DNA of 64,000 nucleotides. Origin: Chrysomallon squamiferum. Taxonomy: Eukaryota; Animalia; Mollusca. The translations under genes and the position numbers were made by a program. The DNA is taken from positions 15,128,001 through 15,192,000 of the forward strand of contig CM022673.1 in assembly GCA_012295275.1 (NCBI GenBank), read 5' to 3'. Positions 31,001-42,200 of the stretch are shown one piece after another. The notes beneath the pieces are model-generated. The model searched no databases. It saw only the letters and a program-made list of their open reading frames with translations, and had not been told where the DNA came from. Position 1 is the first letter of the stretch. Every line of letters starts with the position of its first letter.

Positions 31001-31953
31001 CTCCACCAAGGGACTGAATTATTTTTGTATTTATAATTAGAAATTGGAATAGTTTTATAGCAATGCTAATTATTCTGTCAGTTAAATTTTGGTTAAAAGT
31101 GTCGATATTATTGCTTCGAATGAGTTTGGGATCTGTTTCAGGACATTGTTTTTAAATTCAGTCCAGCTGGCTTTCGTGAAGTTCGATTTGTGTTTGTTTA
31201 TTGGTACCTCTTTCGAGTTATTTTGTGTGTTGTATGAGATGAGTATTGGTAGGTGATCGCTGTTGAGGACTGTCCATTCGCATTCAGAGGCTATTGTTTC
31301 AGACACTGTTGAGATATCAATGCATGACCAGGTGTTGTATATGTCTGATAGGAAGGTTGGCGTGCCATCGTTCAGACATATGTGTTTGTTAAGTTCCATA
31401 AATTTTTCGACGATGATTCCCTGTTTGCTTGTACTAGAGGAACCCCATAGGTGGTTTCTGCTGTTGAAGTCCCCTAGTACGATGGAGTTGTCTATAAATT
31501 TAGCGGGAATGCTTTTAGTGTAGTGTTCGAGTGTTATGTTACATTGATTTTTGCCTGGGTGGGTGTAATAGTTAAATATGTTAATGTCTTCATCCTGGCC
31601 ATGTATTGATATCCCAAGTGTCTCTATGTTGATGTGGTGATTTGTGAGTGTGATACATGACTAGGAGAGCTCATTTCTGACAAATGTCGCTACTCCTCCT
31701 CTCGTGGTGCAGTTGGTGTTGTGAAAGAAACCATAGAAACCTGGAATGAGTTTTGGAAGAGTTGATTCTTCCGTGTTTGTGTGTTGGTGATCCAGGTTTC
31801 TTGTATGCATATGATGTCTATCTGTATATTAGAGTTAGTTATGTAGTGTTTGAGTTCTTCGCCATGGCCTCCTGATTTGAGGCCTTTGGCATTCCACTGT
31901 AGGATGTTAATGCCTTTGGCTTGTTTGTGTTTAATGTTTTGTTTGTCTCCCAT
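28098..31953 (-). pseudogene. LINE-A ORF2: APE endonuclease, reverse transcriptase, RNase H, CCHC (frameshifted)
   Basis: ILQWNAKGL, ICIQETW, SDHLP; YRPISLTS, QSGFR, DIEKAYD, GIPQGSVIAP, LFADD; TDSLS, WVPAHVGVTGNELAD; CDTCHKLDNVRHYIFYC. Confidence 0.95.
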
Positions 31954-32016
31954 GTGTGATGTGAAGGAGCTTGGTAGTGTTAGAGGTTGGTTCTGTTGCG
32001 TGTATTTTGACTGTAT

Positions 32017-34051
32017 TTATTTTATTTGTTTAGTGTTTTCGGTGGTGGTGTTGTTTTTGTAGTAATTGATTGCGTGTGGGAGCACAGTGTCTAGTTCCAG
32101 CGGTATTCCCAGGTGGTGTTGTAGGGTTTGACATGCTGCCATCGTGGCTTTTTTTAACGCTGCCTCCGATCTGTTATTTAGGTTGGGGTTGGGAGTTTGT
32201 AGTGCTCCGTCTAGGAATAGGCCAGTGACAACCCTGAGTAGTTGGAGGGCTGTCACTGGGCTGTCTTTGTTGTTGATTGAGCCTAGTTGTGTTTGTCTTG
32301 TGTTTGTCCTGGAGGCTGGTGTGTATGGGTGTATGGCTGACGAGAGAGGGGGGCTTGCTGTGTGTGTGTTTTTGGCCTCCATGTGTTTCAGTGCGTTGCG
32401 GTAGGCCGCGCAGAGGTGGCTGTGTGTGTAGTGTCGGCCGTTGCAATTTGCGCACTGGGTGGGTTGGCGGCACGGATTGTCGGGCGTTCTTTTGGGGTGT
32501 TTGCCCCCACACCTGAAACACGTTTGGTGTCCCCGCAACGACCTGCACTTTTTTGTGTTGTGTCCCCATCGTTGACACTGGGCGCATTTGATGGGTTGTG
32601 TTGCGAATGTCAACAGTTGTAGGTGTTCGTTCTTGAAGCGGATGTGGTCTACTGTTGTGTTAGCAGACAGACGCACATCCCAGTAGCCGTTGCTCCAGAT
32701 GGTGATGGTCTGAATCATCACCTCTGGGTTTTCTTCTTTCGTTATCTGTAATATTTGTGTAGCTGTTTCAGGAACTGGTTTGGCTTTCACCAGTCGCCTT
32801 AGCGAGTGCTCTGCTGCTGTGGTGGTTGCTGTTGGTGTCGTGTGTATCTTAGGTGTTGTGTAATGAGTGTCTTTTTGTGGGGTGTTGTTTTGTTGTTGTG
32901 GGATGGCTTTTGCCCGTGCAGTTGGTGGCACGCTCGAGTAAAAAAACTCTCGGGGCCAAGTTCTTCCTGGTGTGAGGGTGAGGTGCGGGAACTCCTCTGT
33001 GTTGTTTGATAGTTTGTGGGGGCTTTGGGGGATTTGTTTTGTGGGGTTATCTTGGCGGTATTTGTTTTTTTGTTTGGGTATTGTCGGGTGTGTGTTGTTT
33101 GCTAATTTTAAAAAGTCCTTTTTGTGTGGTGTTTGTTTTGTTGTTTCTGTGTGTGGTTTCTGTTTCTTTCTCCTTGGTTTGGCGTCCACCTGGGCCAGGG
33201 GTTCTGCAGTGAAGGTGCCGTCCCCCCAGGTGCCGTGGGCCACCGCACGGTCCAATTGTCGATGGATTTCCTCGCTGCTCCTTTCGTCCTGGGAGTATCC
33301 TAGTTCGATGGGGGCAGATGGGCTCAAGGTCTTCACTTGGGTGGGTTCCCGCCTCTCTCTAGGTTCCTCCGTACACCTCGCAAGCGTTTCGACACCTTTC
33401 GACACTCTGTGGGGTGGGGCATGAGCTCCATGCTGGCACCCAGTTTGGTGAGTGAGCTGTCCGACTCGGCCCTGACGAAAGTGGTCTCGTCAGACAGCCG
33501 GGTGTGGAAGACTGTGTCGTCCAACAGTCGCGAGACGGACTGTTGGAAGAATATAGCTTCGTACAGGGTCGGGTTTTTTTTGTTGAACAGTACCCGCCTC
33601 AGCCCGGGGATTGGTGCCTTAGCGGGTCTAGGAGGGCTGGCGGACAGTTTGAGGGATTTATGGCAGCCCTGTTGGGGGACAGCGATGTTGAGCATGTCCA
33701 GGGCCGAAAATCTATTTGCTGTGCTGATTGGTAGCTGTTCTGGGGGAGATTGGACAGTTGGGTTTGTTTTGCGTTTCTTATTTTTATTTTTAGGCTGGGG
33801 TGATTCCGGAATTTGGTCAGTCCGGTTGTGACATTTATTTGGGGATATTCTGGGGGAGTGGACAGGTCGGGGCAGGGAGAACCGTCCGGTGTTGTTTGTA
33901 CGAGCCCCACGTATATTATGTCGTCTAGTGAGCTGTCAGACGTGCTTCCGTTGTCTTCTGGGAAGCCGATAGAGAAGTCTGGGACTCCTAGTTTTTTGGG
34001 GGAAAACTCTACGGTGTTGGATGGTCCGACTGTTTTAGTTGTGTCCGCCAT
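32017..34051 (-). pseudogene. LINE-A ORF1, gag-like with three zinc knuckles (frameshifted)
   Basis: CAQCQRWGHNTKKC, CFRCGGKHPKRTPDNPC and CANCNGRHYTHSHLC in ORF 32017-33405. N-terminal fragments at 33599-34051 and 33333-33695. Confidence 0.9.
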
Positions 34052-34509
34052 TGTATGTTTAGTTTGATATATTAACTTGCTTGTTTTATTTTTAGTATAG
34101 TTATTATTTTTATTTTTAGTATAGTTATAGTTAATATTTTAATGCAAGATGCAGAATTTTAGTTAATTTAATATAATTTTTATTTAATTTAGTACTCAAA
34201 ATAAAAACGTTATATCATTTAAATAACGATCAGATATATACATATATATATACACAATTAATAAGCGTTGGAGTATTAACAAGGACAGTGGGGGAGAGGG
34301 TTTGAGGTTGGTATAGGGAGGTAACAAAAGGGAGTTTAAAATGTCGTGCTGGGAGGAGGATAGTATTCCGTTTCTTACCCAATTTGATGTCGGTTATTCG
34401 TCAGTGCTCGAAGTTCGAATTTGCACATAGATTCCTAAGTGCGAAGAAGCGCAAAAGGTAAACAAACAGCTAATCCTCCGTATTGCAAAGGTGTTGCAGA
34501 GCTTAAAGG

Positions 34510-34765
34510 CGATTGGCTGCTGGCCGATTCAGTAGTCTGGTCGCTGTTCGGAGTCTGATTGGCTGCCGTGAGTCTTGAAGCTGATTGGTCGGTTCCCGTT
34601 GCTGTGTCCGAAGAGCTCTCGAGAGTGATGGGAGTCTGATTGGCTGCAGTGCTTCTCGAAGTTGATTGGTCGGAATGTGTCCGAAGATCTCTCGATGGCG
34701 ATTGGTCGATTGATGGTTCGTTCTACGCCAATGGTTTATGAGCAGAGATCTGTTAGACGATTGGC
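34510..34765 (-). promoter_or_regulatory. CCAAT-box array in the LINE-A 5' UTR
   Basis: ATTGG on the plus strand at 34512, 34558, 34584, 34639, 34665, 34701 and 34760, in (A/G)(G/A)CCAATC context on the minus strand. Confidence 0.6.
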
Positions 34766-34982
34766 TGGGTTTCGATTCCGTCGCGTTTACACGGTACAAA
34801 AATAGGTGATCACGTAATCCCAAGTATGAAAGTACGAGTACAAAATAGTGAGCAAATATTCCTGATAACTCCACAAAAGAATGAAACGAAATCCCAGGCA
34901 AAACGAGTGAAAAACGAGAGCAGAAACCGAGCGAATCTGAGCTAATCTGGTCCTGTTCTGTTCTCTCTGAGCTAATCTGTCT

Positions 34983-35259
34983 GATGGATGGAGAACTCTT
35001 TTTACGTGCCCACGTCCAATTCAAGGTTCGGGCACGCCTATCCCGGATCCGATCTCTGGGATCGCCAGGGATGGGTTCCGGGACAGGAGAGGGGAAGGGA
35101 AAAGGGGGAAAAGGAATGGGAGGGGAAGGGTGCAAGTGCATTTGAAGTGGGCAATTTGGAATAAACCTTTGAGTGGTTTTTACTTATTAACAGCCGAAAG
35201 GGTGCAGTAGAGATACATATATACAGACCCCTACACAGACACACTCGTACACATATGTG

Positions 35260-35297
<38 letters not shown>

Positions 35298-38200
35298 CAT
35301 ACACACATCCACACACATATACATATATATATGCATTGGGGACTGTTTAAGGGGTTTTATTTATTTATATTTATTTATTTATTTATTTATTTATTTATTT
35401 GGTTTCTACTGTAAAAAAAAAAAAAAAAAAAAGGCTCGTTGTGACATCGTGTCGGGCATCTTTTTGCTTGTTGTTGTTGTTAGCGTCGCGTTGTTGTTGC
35501 TTTTTGGAGTTCAGACGTCGAGGGGAGGTTGCCAGTTGGTTCTGTGGTTGGACCCGGGTGTGTTTATGTTGTGTAATGTTTTGTAAAATTGTGTTTATAT
35601 TCTCACTTTTGTTGCTTCCACGAACCGCATTATCAGGTTGTCTACTTGGTTTTTTAGGTGTTTGGGGGGGTTGAAAATGTCACCTGGAGTAAATCTGACT
35701 TTGATGTTTGTTAAAGCTGTGTTTAGTTTGCGTCTGTCCTTGTCGTATTTGATGCAGTAAAAGATATAGTGTCTGACGTTGTCCAGTTTATGGCATGTGT
35801 CGCACTTGTCACTCACGGTGTTGTCGAGTCTATGTCTGCTGTCGTTTAGTCCGAAGGTCACTCCCACTCTGAGACGGGTTAAAGTTTGAGTTGTTTTGTT
35901 GTTGTCTGAGAGTGGGCTGGGCGAGTTGACTTTAGGTTTGATTATGTAGTGCCATAGTCTAGTCTTGTTGTCCCAGTCTTGTTGTCCCAGTCTTGTTGCC
36001 ACGATTCGATCAGCTTATTGTGCGCTATGGTCATGATTTCGTTCACGTTGTATTTAGAGTCAAAGTCGATCGTGTCGTCGTCAAGCGAGTGTTTAGCGTT
36101 TTTGTCTGCCAGCTCGTTTCCAGTAACACCCACGTGGGCGGGTACCCACTCGAAGGTGACCTTGTGTCCTCTGTGGGTGATACAGTTTGTGATTTCGATA
36201 ATCTGTCTAATGTACTGGGAGCTGCTGAATTTGAGTTTGTGCAGAGCTTGCAGTGAGCTGAGGGAGTCAGTCAGTATGAGGTATTTCTTTTTTTGGCTAT
36301 TGACGTAGGTTTGAGTTAAGACCCATTTAAGTGCCGAGAGAATAGCTATTAGTTCCGTAGTGAAGACCGATATGTTGTTGGTCAGTCTACCTTTGTAGTT
36401 GAAGGGTACGTCGGGTAGTTCCGGCCTGACATGAAAGGCCATGCCGGTTCTTCCCGTGAGAGGGTCTTTGGAGCCGTCCGTGTATATTTGTACGAAGTCC
36501 GAGTAGTTGTCGCTTAGTGCTGTCCTGTGTGTGTCGTTGAGTGATGCTTCTCTGTCGTTGATGTAGGGTAAGTTGTTTGGGATTATTGTGTTTATGGGAT
36601 GGGTGGGGATGAGGTTTTTTATTTTGAACCAGTGTTTCAGACACTGTGTGCTGCGTCGGATTCGCAGCGGCAGCATGTTCAGTTCCACAAACAGACTGTC
36701 CGTCGGTGTGCCTGGGAATACCCTGGCAACAATTCTGAGTGCCTTGTTGTAGACGGTGTCTAGCCGTTTTAGTTGGTATTCAGACACACCGCTGAACGCC
36801 TGGGATCCATACTGGAGTCTCGACACTATTAGTGTTTCGAACACCATCAAGAGAGATGACCTGTCATCTCCCCATTTGGCGTTCGAAAGCACTTTCAGTA
36901 GGTTCATGTATTGTGTGCACGTGTTGATTGTGTTGGTGATGTGTTGTTTAAAGTTAAGGCACCTGTCGAAGGTGACTCCCAGGAATTTGACTGCGTTTAC
37001 TTGTGGGATTTTTGTGTTGTTGTAGTGTAGGTCTATTTTATTGTGTTTACTGTTGAATTTTCTCCCAAAGGTTACGGTGACAGTCTTGGATTGGGAGATG
37101 GTGACTCCCCAAGTTTCCGCCCAATTTTGTAAGTTATTTAAGTCTTTTTGCATATCTGTTATTTAGGTTGGGGTTGGGAGTTTGTAGTGCTCCGTCTAAG
37201 AATAGGCCAGTGACAACCCTGAGTAGTTGGAGGGCTGTCACTGGGCTGTCTTTGTTGTTGATTGAGCCTAGTTGTGTTTGTCTTGTGTTTGTCCTGGAGG
37301 CTGGTGTGTATGGGTGTATGGTTGACGAGTGAGGGGGGCTTGCTGTGTGTGTGTTTTTGGCCTCCATGTGTTTCAGTGCGTTGCGGTAGGCCGCGCACAG
37401 GTGGCTGTGTGTGTAGTGTCGGCCGTTGCAGTTTGCGCACTGGGTGGGTTGGCGGCACGGATTGTCGGGCGTTTTCTTGGGGTGTTTGCCCCCACACCTG
37501 AAACACGTTGGGTGTCCCCGCAACGACCTGCACTTTGTTGTGTTGTGTCCCCATCTCTGGCACTGGGCGCATTTTGTGGGGTGTGTCTGAAACGCCCACA
37601 GTTTGAATGTACTGTTGTGGAATAGGATGTGCTCTGCTTGTGTTGTGGCAGACAGAAGCACATCCCAGTAGCCGTTGTTCCAGATCGTGATGTTCTGAAT
37701 CATCACGTCTGGGTTTTCTTTTTTTTAATGCGTCCAGTATTTGTTTTGTTGTTTCCGTGCCAGGTTGTTTTTTTACGAGTTTCCGTAGGGATTGATCTGT
37801 TGTTGCTGTTTTGTGTGCCTTTTGTGTTGTGTAGTGGGTGTTTTGTTGTTGCGGTGTGGAGGCTGCCCGTCCAGTTGGTGGTACGTGGGCGTATAAGAAT
37901 TATCTTAGCCAGGGTCGTCCCGGCGTCAGGTTGAGGAGCGGGAACTCCTTTGTGTTTATTGCTACTTTGGGGGCGTGTTGGGGAGTTTGTTTTGTAGGGT
38001 TGTCATGTCGCTGTTTGTATTTCTGTCTTTGTGTTGTCGGCCTTGTTTTGGTTGGTGTTGTCTGTTTTAGGGGTTCTGCAACGAAAGTGCATTGCCCCCA
38101 GGTGCCGTAAGCCACCGTCTTGTCCATTTGTCTGTGTATGGCTTGGCTGCTTGTTTTGTCCTGTGTGTATGTCTGTCCGTTTGGGGTAGATGGGTTTGTT

Positions 38201-39773
38201 TGTTTTGGGGGTGAGGGTACTCTCTTTTCGTGAGGTTCTTTGGTACACCTCTCTAGTGTGACCCACACCTTTTGACACTCCATGGGGTTGGGCATCAGTT
38301 CAATACTGGTACCCAGTTTGATGAGTGGAGTGTCCGAGTCAGCCCTGATGAAGGTTCCTCATCTGACATCCGGGTGTGGAAGAAAGTATCGTCCAACAGT
38401 CGCGAGATGGACTGTTGGAAAAAGATCGCTTCGTACAGAGACGGGTTTCTTTTATTAAAAAAGACCCGTCTCAGTCCGGGGATTGGGGACTTAGCGGGCC
38501 TAGGGGGTGGCTGACAGTTTGAGGGATTTTTGCGAGCCCTGTTGGGGAACAGCAATGCTCAGCATGTCCAGGGCTGAAAACCTGTTCGATGTGCTGACTG
38601 GAGCCTGTTCTGGGGGGGATTGGACAGTTGGGTGGGTTTTCCTTTTCTTGTTTTTGTGTTGTGGGGACTCCGGAATGATGGTCATTCCGGTTGGGGCAGT
38701 TGCGGTCCAGTTGAGGATTTGGTTACAGTCTGGGGACAGGGTGGGGCGGGGGGAGCCGTCAGGTGACGTCTCTACCAGTCCCACGTATATCGTGTCCCCC
38801 TCAGAGTTGTCGGATAGGTTTCCGTTGTCTCTGTCGACCGGGGAGCCAAGAGATTCCACGCGTGGTAATTCCGCCTCCGTTCCGCAGATTTTTTGAGGGG
38901 TAGCCTCGGCGATAACTGTGCCGATGGATTTATTCGTATCGGCCATTTTTATTTAGTATACGAGTTGATTAATTATTATTATTTTTATTACACTAATGAC
39001 ACTACCAAAAGAAAGCAAACAAGGTTAAATTATTAAATTTAGTTTTGCTAATAATATTCCAAGAATTAAAAGTTTAGATAATAGTTATATATTTATATTT
39101 GTCTATATGCAGTTAATAGTAAATTAATAGTTACAGTACACGAATTTAAAAAATTTGACAACAATAGCACTGGGGGAGAGGGTTTGAGGTTGGTAAGGGG
39201 AGAGATAAGAGGAAGTTTCAAAGTTTGGTGCTGGGAAAGTGAGTATGACGTGCTGGGATGATAGGATTCCTTTTCTTACCAAATTTGATGTCGAGTGTTC
39301 TAAGTTCGAAATTGAATTCCGGAATCCTAATTTGGGAAGTTTCACAGATGAACAGATAATTCCCGGTGGACTGTGGATTCTGATTGGTTGGCGCTGTCTC
39401 TAAGTTGATTGGTCGACAGCTTCTTGTGCAGACTGGCTTTTTAGTGGCTGGCGCTAGCTCGTCGTTGATTGGTTGCAGACTTTCGTTGGAACTGGAATGT
39501 TATTGGTTGAACGCTAGCTCGTCGATGGTTGGCTGAAACTCAATTCCTTTTGCTTTTGTTTTTCGCGATCGTGTGTACCGTGGTCCTAGAAGTATTCCTA
39601 TCACAATTTTAGCGAATTTGCAGGAACAATTAAATGGCAATCCAAGTGCGGAAGTTGAACAATTATTCCTTCTAGAAACCGGAAACTTTTTGGATCGAAA
39701 CAGCGAATCTGGAAAACTGAGCAAGTGGAGCGAATCTGTGACGTCTGTGTCTGTCGGAAAGTTGAACGGGAAT
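34983..39773 (-). mobile_element. LINE-A copy 2, internally deleted (ORF1 fused to the post-RT part of ORF2), with a complete 3' UTR and (ATCC)n tail
   Basis: ORF1 from 38946 with three knuckles at 37134-37706 is joined at ~37155 to the ORF2 C-terminal half (35595-37153: RNase H, CCHC). The 3' UTR runs 35594-34983. Confidence 0.92.
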
Positions 39774-39787
39774 GGTCCTTTAGGTCG

Positions 39788-39895
39788 GATGGATGGATGG
39801 AGAACTCTTTTTACGTGCCCACGTCCAATTCAAGGTTCGGGCACGCCTATCCCGGATCCGATCTCTGGGATCGCCAGGGATGGGTTCCGGGACTC
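39788..39895 (-). mobile_element. 108-bp 5'-truncated LINE-A insertion with a 14-bp target site duplication
   Basis: Matches the terminal segment at 34983-35084. Flanked by GGTCCTTTAGGTCG at 39774-39787 and 39896-39909. Confidence 0.9.
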
Positions 39896-39909
39896 GGTCC
39901 TTTAGGTCG

Positions 39910-40260
39910 ACAGGTTCTCGCTGAGACTGGATTTTTATTGGCTGCCGCTAGCTCGTCGTTGATTGGTTAGATCTCAATTCCTTTTGCTGTTTGGCGATCG
40001 TGTAATCCAAGAAGCGCTTTTCCTAAGTATTCCTAAGTGCACACCAATGGAAAGAATTTGCAGGAACAAATGAACGGCAATCCAAGTGAGAAAGTTCAAC
40101 AATTATTCTTTGTGTAGAAAACGGAAACTTTTGGATCGAAACTGAGCGAATCTGGAAAACTGAACGTCTGAGCGAATCTGTTACGGAAACCTCTGAGCGA
40201 ATCTGTCCGACTGCTTGCGAGAGCGAATCTGAGCGAATCTGCGAAACGAGAATTTTAACA
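39910..40260 (-). repeat. Second copy of the LINE-A 5' UTR start plus stacked H4-leader tags
   Basis: Similar to 39490-39745 (CTCAATTCCTTTTGCT, GAATTTGCAGGAACAA, GGCAATCCAAGTG). GAGCGAATCTG occurs five times in 40144-40241. Confidence 0.8.
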
Positions 40261-42200
40261 GATGATGGATGATGGATGGCTTTCTTTACCGCTGCATCCG
40301 ATCTGTTATTGGGGTTGGGAGTCCGCAGTGATCCGTCTAGGAATAGTAACAACCCTGAGTAGCTGGAGGGCTGTCACTGGGCTGTCTTTGTTGTTTAGTG
40401 CGCCCAGTTGTGCGTGTATTGTGTTTGTCCTGGGGGCTGGTGTGTATGGGTGTATGGCTGACGAGTGAGGGGGGCTAGCTGTGTGTGTGTTTTGGGCCTC
40501 CAGGTGTTTCAGTGCGTTGTGGTAGGCCGCGCATAGGTGGCTGTGTGTGTGGTATCGGCCGTTGCAATTTGCGCACTGGACGGGTTGACGGCACGGGTTT
40601 TCTGGCGTTTTCTTGGGGTGTTTTCCCCCACACCTGAAACACGTGGGGTGTCCCCTCAACAACCTGCATTTTTTAGTACCGTGTCCCCATCGTTCACACT
40701 GGGCGCATTTGATGGGTTGTGTTTCGAATGTCAGCAGTTGTAGTTGTTTGTGTTTGAAACGGATGTGGTCTACTTTCGTGTTGGCAGACAGACGCACATC
40801 CCAGTAGCCGTTGCTCCAGATGGTGATGGTCTGAATCATCACATCTGGGTTTTCTTCTTTTACTATTTTTAGGATTTGTGTAGCTGTTTCTGTAAATGTT
40901 TTTATTTTCACCAGTCTTCTATTGCTGTGGTGGTTGCTGTTGGTGTTGTGTATTGAGTGTCTTTTTGTGGGGTGTTTTGTTGTTGTGGAATGGATTTTGC
41001 CCGTGCAGTTGGTGGCACGCTCGAGTAAAATAACTCTCGAGGCCAGGTTCTTCCTGGTGTGAGGGTGAGGTGCGGGAACTCCTCTGTGTTGTTTGATAGT
41101 TTGGGGGATTTGTTTTGTGGGGTTATCATGGCGATGTTTCTTTTGTTTGGGTATTGTCGGGTTTGTGTTGGTTGCTTCTTGTAAAAATTCATTTTTGTGT
41201 GATGTTTGTTTTGTTGTTTCTGTGTATGGTTTCTGTTTTTTTTTTGTTTGGTGTTTACCTGGGTTAGGGGTTCTGCAGTGAAGGTGCAGTCCCCCCAGGT
41301 GCCGTAGGCCACCGTACGGTCCATTTGTTTATGGATTGCCTTGCTACTCTTTTGGTCTTGAGAGTAGCCTAGTTCGATGGGGGTATAGGGGTATAGGGTT
41401 TTTACGTGGGTGGGTTCCCTCCTCTCTCGAGGTTCCTTTGTACACCTCTCGAGTGTGACACACACCTTTTGACACTATGGGGTTGGGCATCAGTTCCATG
41501 CTGGTACCCAGTTTGATGAGTGAGCTGTCCGATTCGGCCCTGACGAACGTGGTCTCATCAGACAGCCGGGTGTGGAATAATGTGTCGTCCAACAGTCGCG
41601 TCCGGTCTGTTGGAAGAATATAGCTTCGTACAGGGTCGGTTTTTTGTTGTTGAACAATACCCGCCTCAGCCCGGGGATTGGTGCCTTAGCGGGTCTAGGA
41701 GGATTGGCGGACAGTTTGAGGGATTTATGGGAGCCCTGTTGGGGGACAGCGATGTTGAGCATGTCCAGGGCCGAAAATCTGTTTGCTGTGCTGACTGGTA
41801 GCTGTTCTGGGGGAGATGGGACAGTTGGGTGGGTTTTGCGTTTTTTATTTTTATTTTTTGGTTGGGGGGACTCCGGAACGGTGGTCAGTCCGGTTCGAAC
41901 ATTTGTGGGCTAGTTACAGATTTGGAGACATTCTGGGGGAGTGGACAGGTCGGGGCAGGGAGAGCCGTCCGGTGTCGTCTGTACCAGTCCCACGTAGATG
42001 ATGTCGTTTAATGAGCCGCCAGATGTGTTTCCGATGTCGTCTGGGAAGCCGAGAGAGCAGAAGTCTGGGAGTTCCCTTTCTGTTTCTCCTGATTTTTTGG
42101 GGGAACCCTCTTCGGTATTGGGCGTGCTGACTAGTTTGGTTGTGTCCACCATTTTATCGTTAGTTTAATATGTTAGCTTCCTTAGTTTTATTTTTAATTT
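40261..42200 (-). mobile_element. LINE-A copy 3: degenerate ORF1 joined directly to the (CCAT/CAT)n tail, with the 5' UTR mostly deleted
   Basis: ORF1 fragments 42152-40290 with three knuckles. The plus strand reads GATGATGGATGATGGATGG at 40261-40279. Confidence 0.88.

Noticed and set aside
35355-35435. (TAAA)n or poly-A as the LINE-A 3' tail
   Set aside because: The TSD-flanked fragment at 39788-39895 shows the true terminus is the (ATCC)n tail at ~34983. These runs are internal to the 3' UTR.
34370-39285. Conserved GGTAAGA splice-donor-like motif in LINE-A 5' UTRs (~34378, ~39279)
   Set aside because: No convincing acceptor was found before the ORF1 ATG, so an intron cannot be supported without RNA data.
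40181-40190. TTACGGAAAC matching the H2A leader among the H4 tags
   Set aside because: It is only 10 nt and could be chance, so it was not used as evidence.
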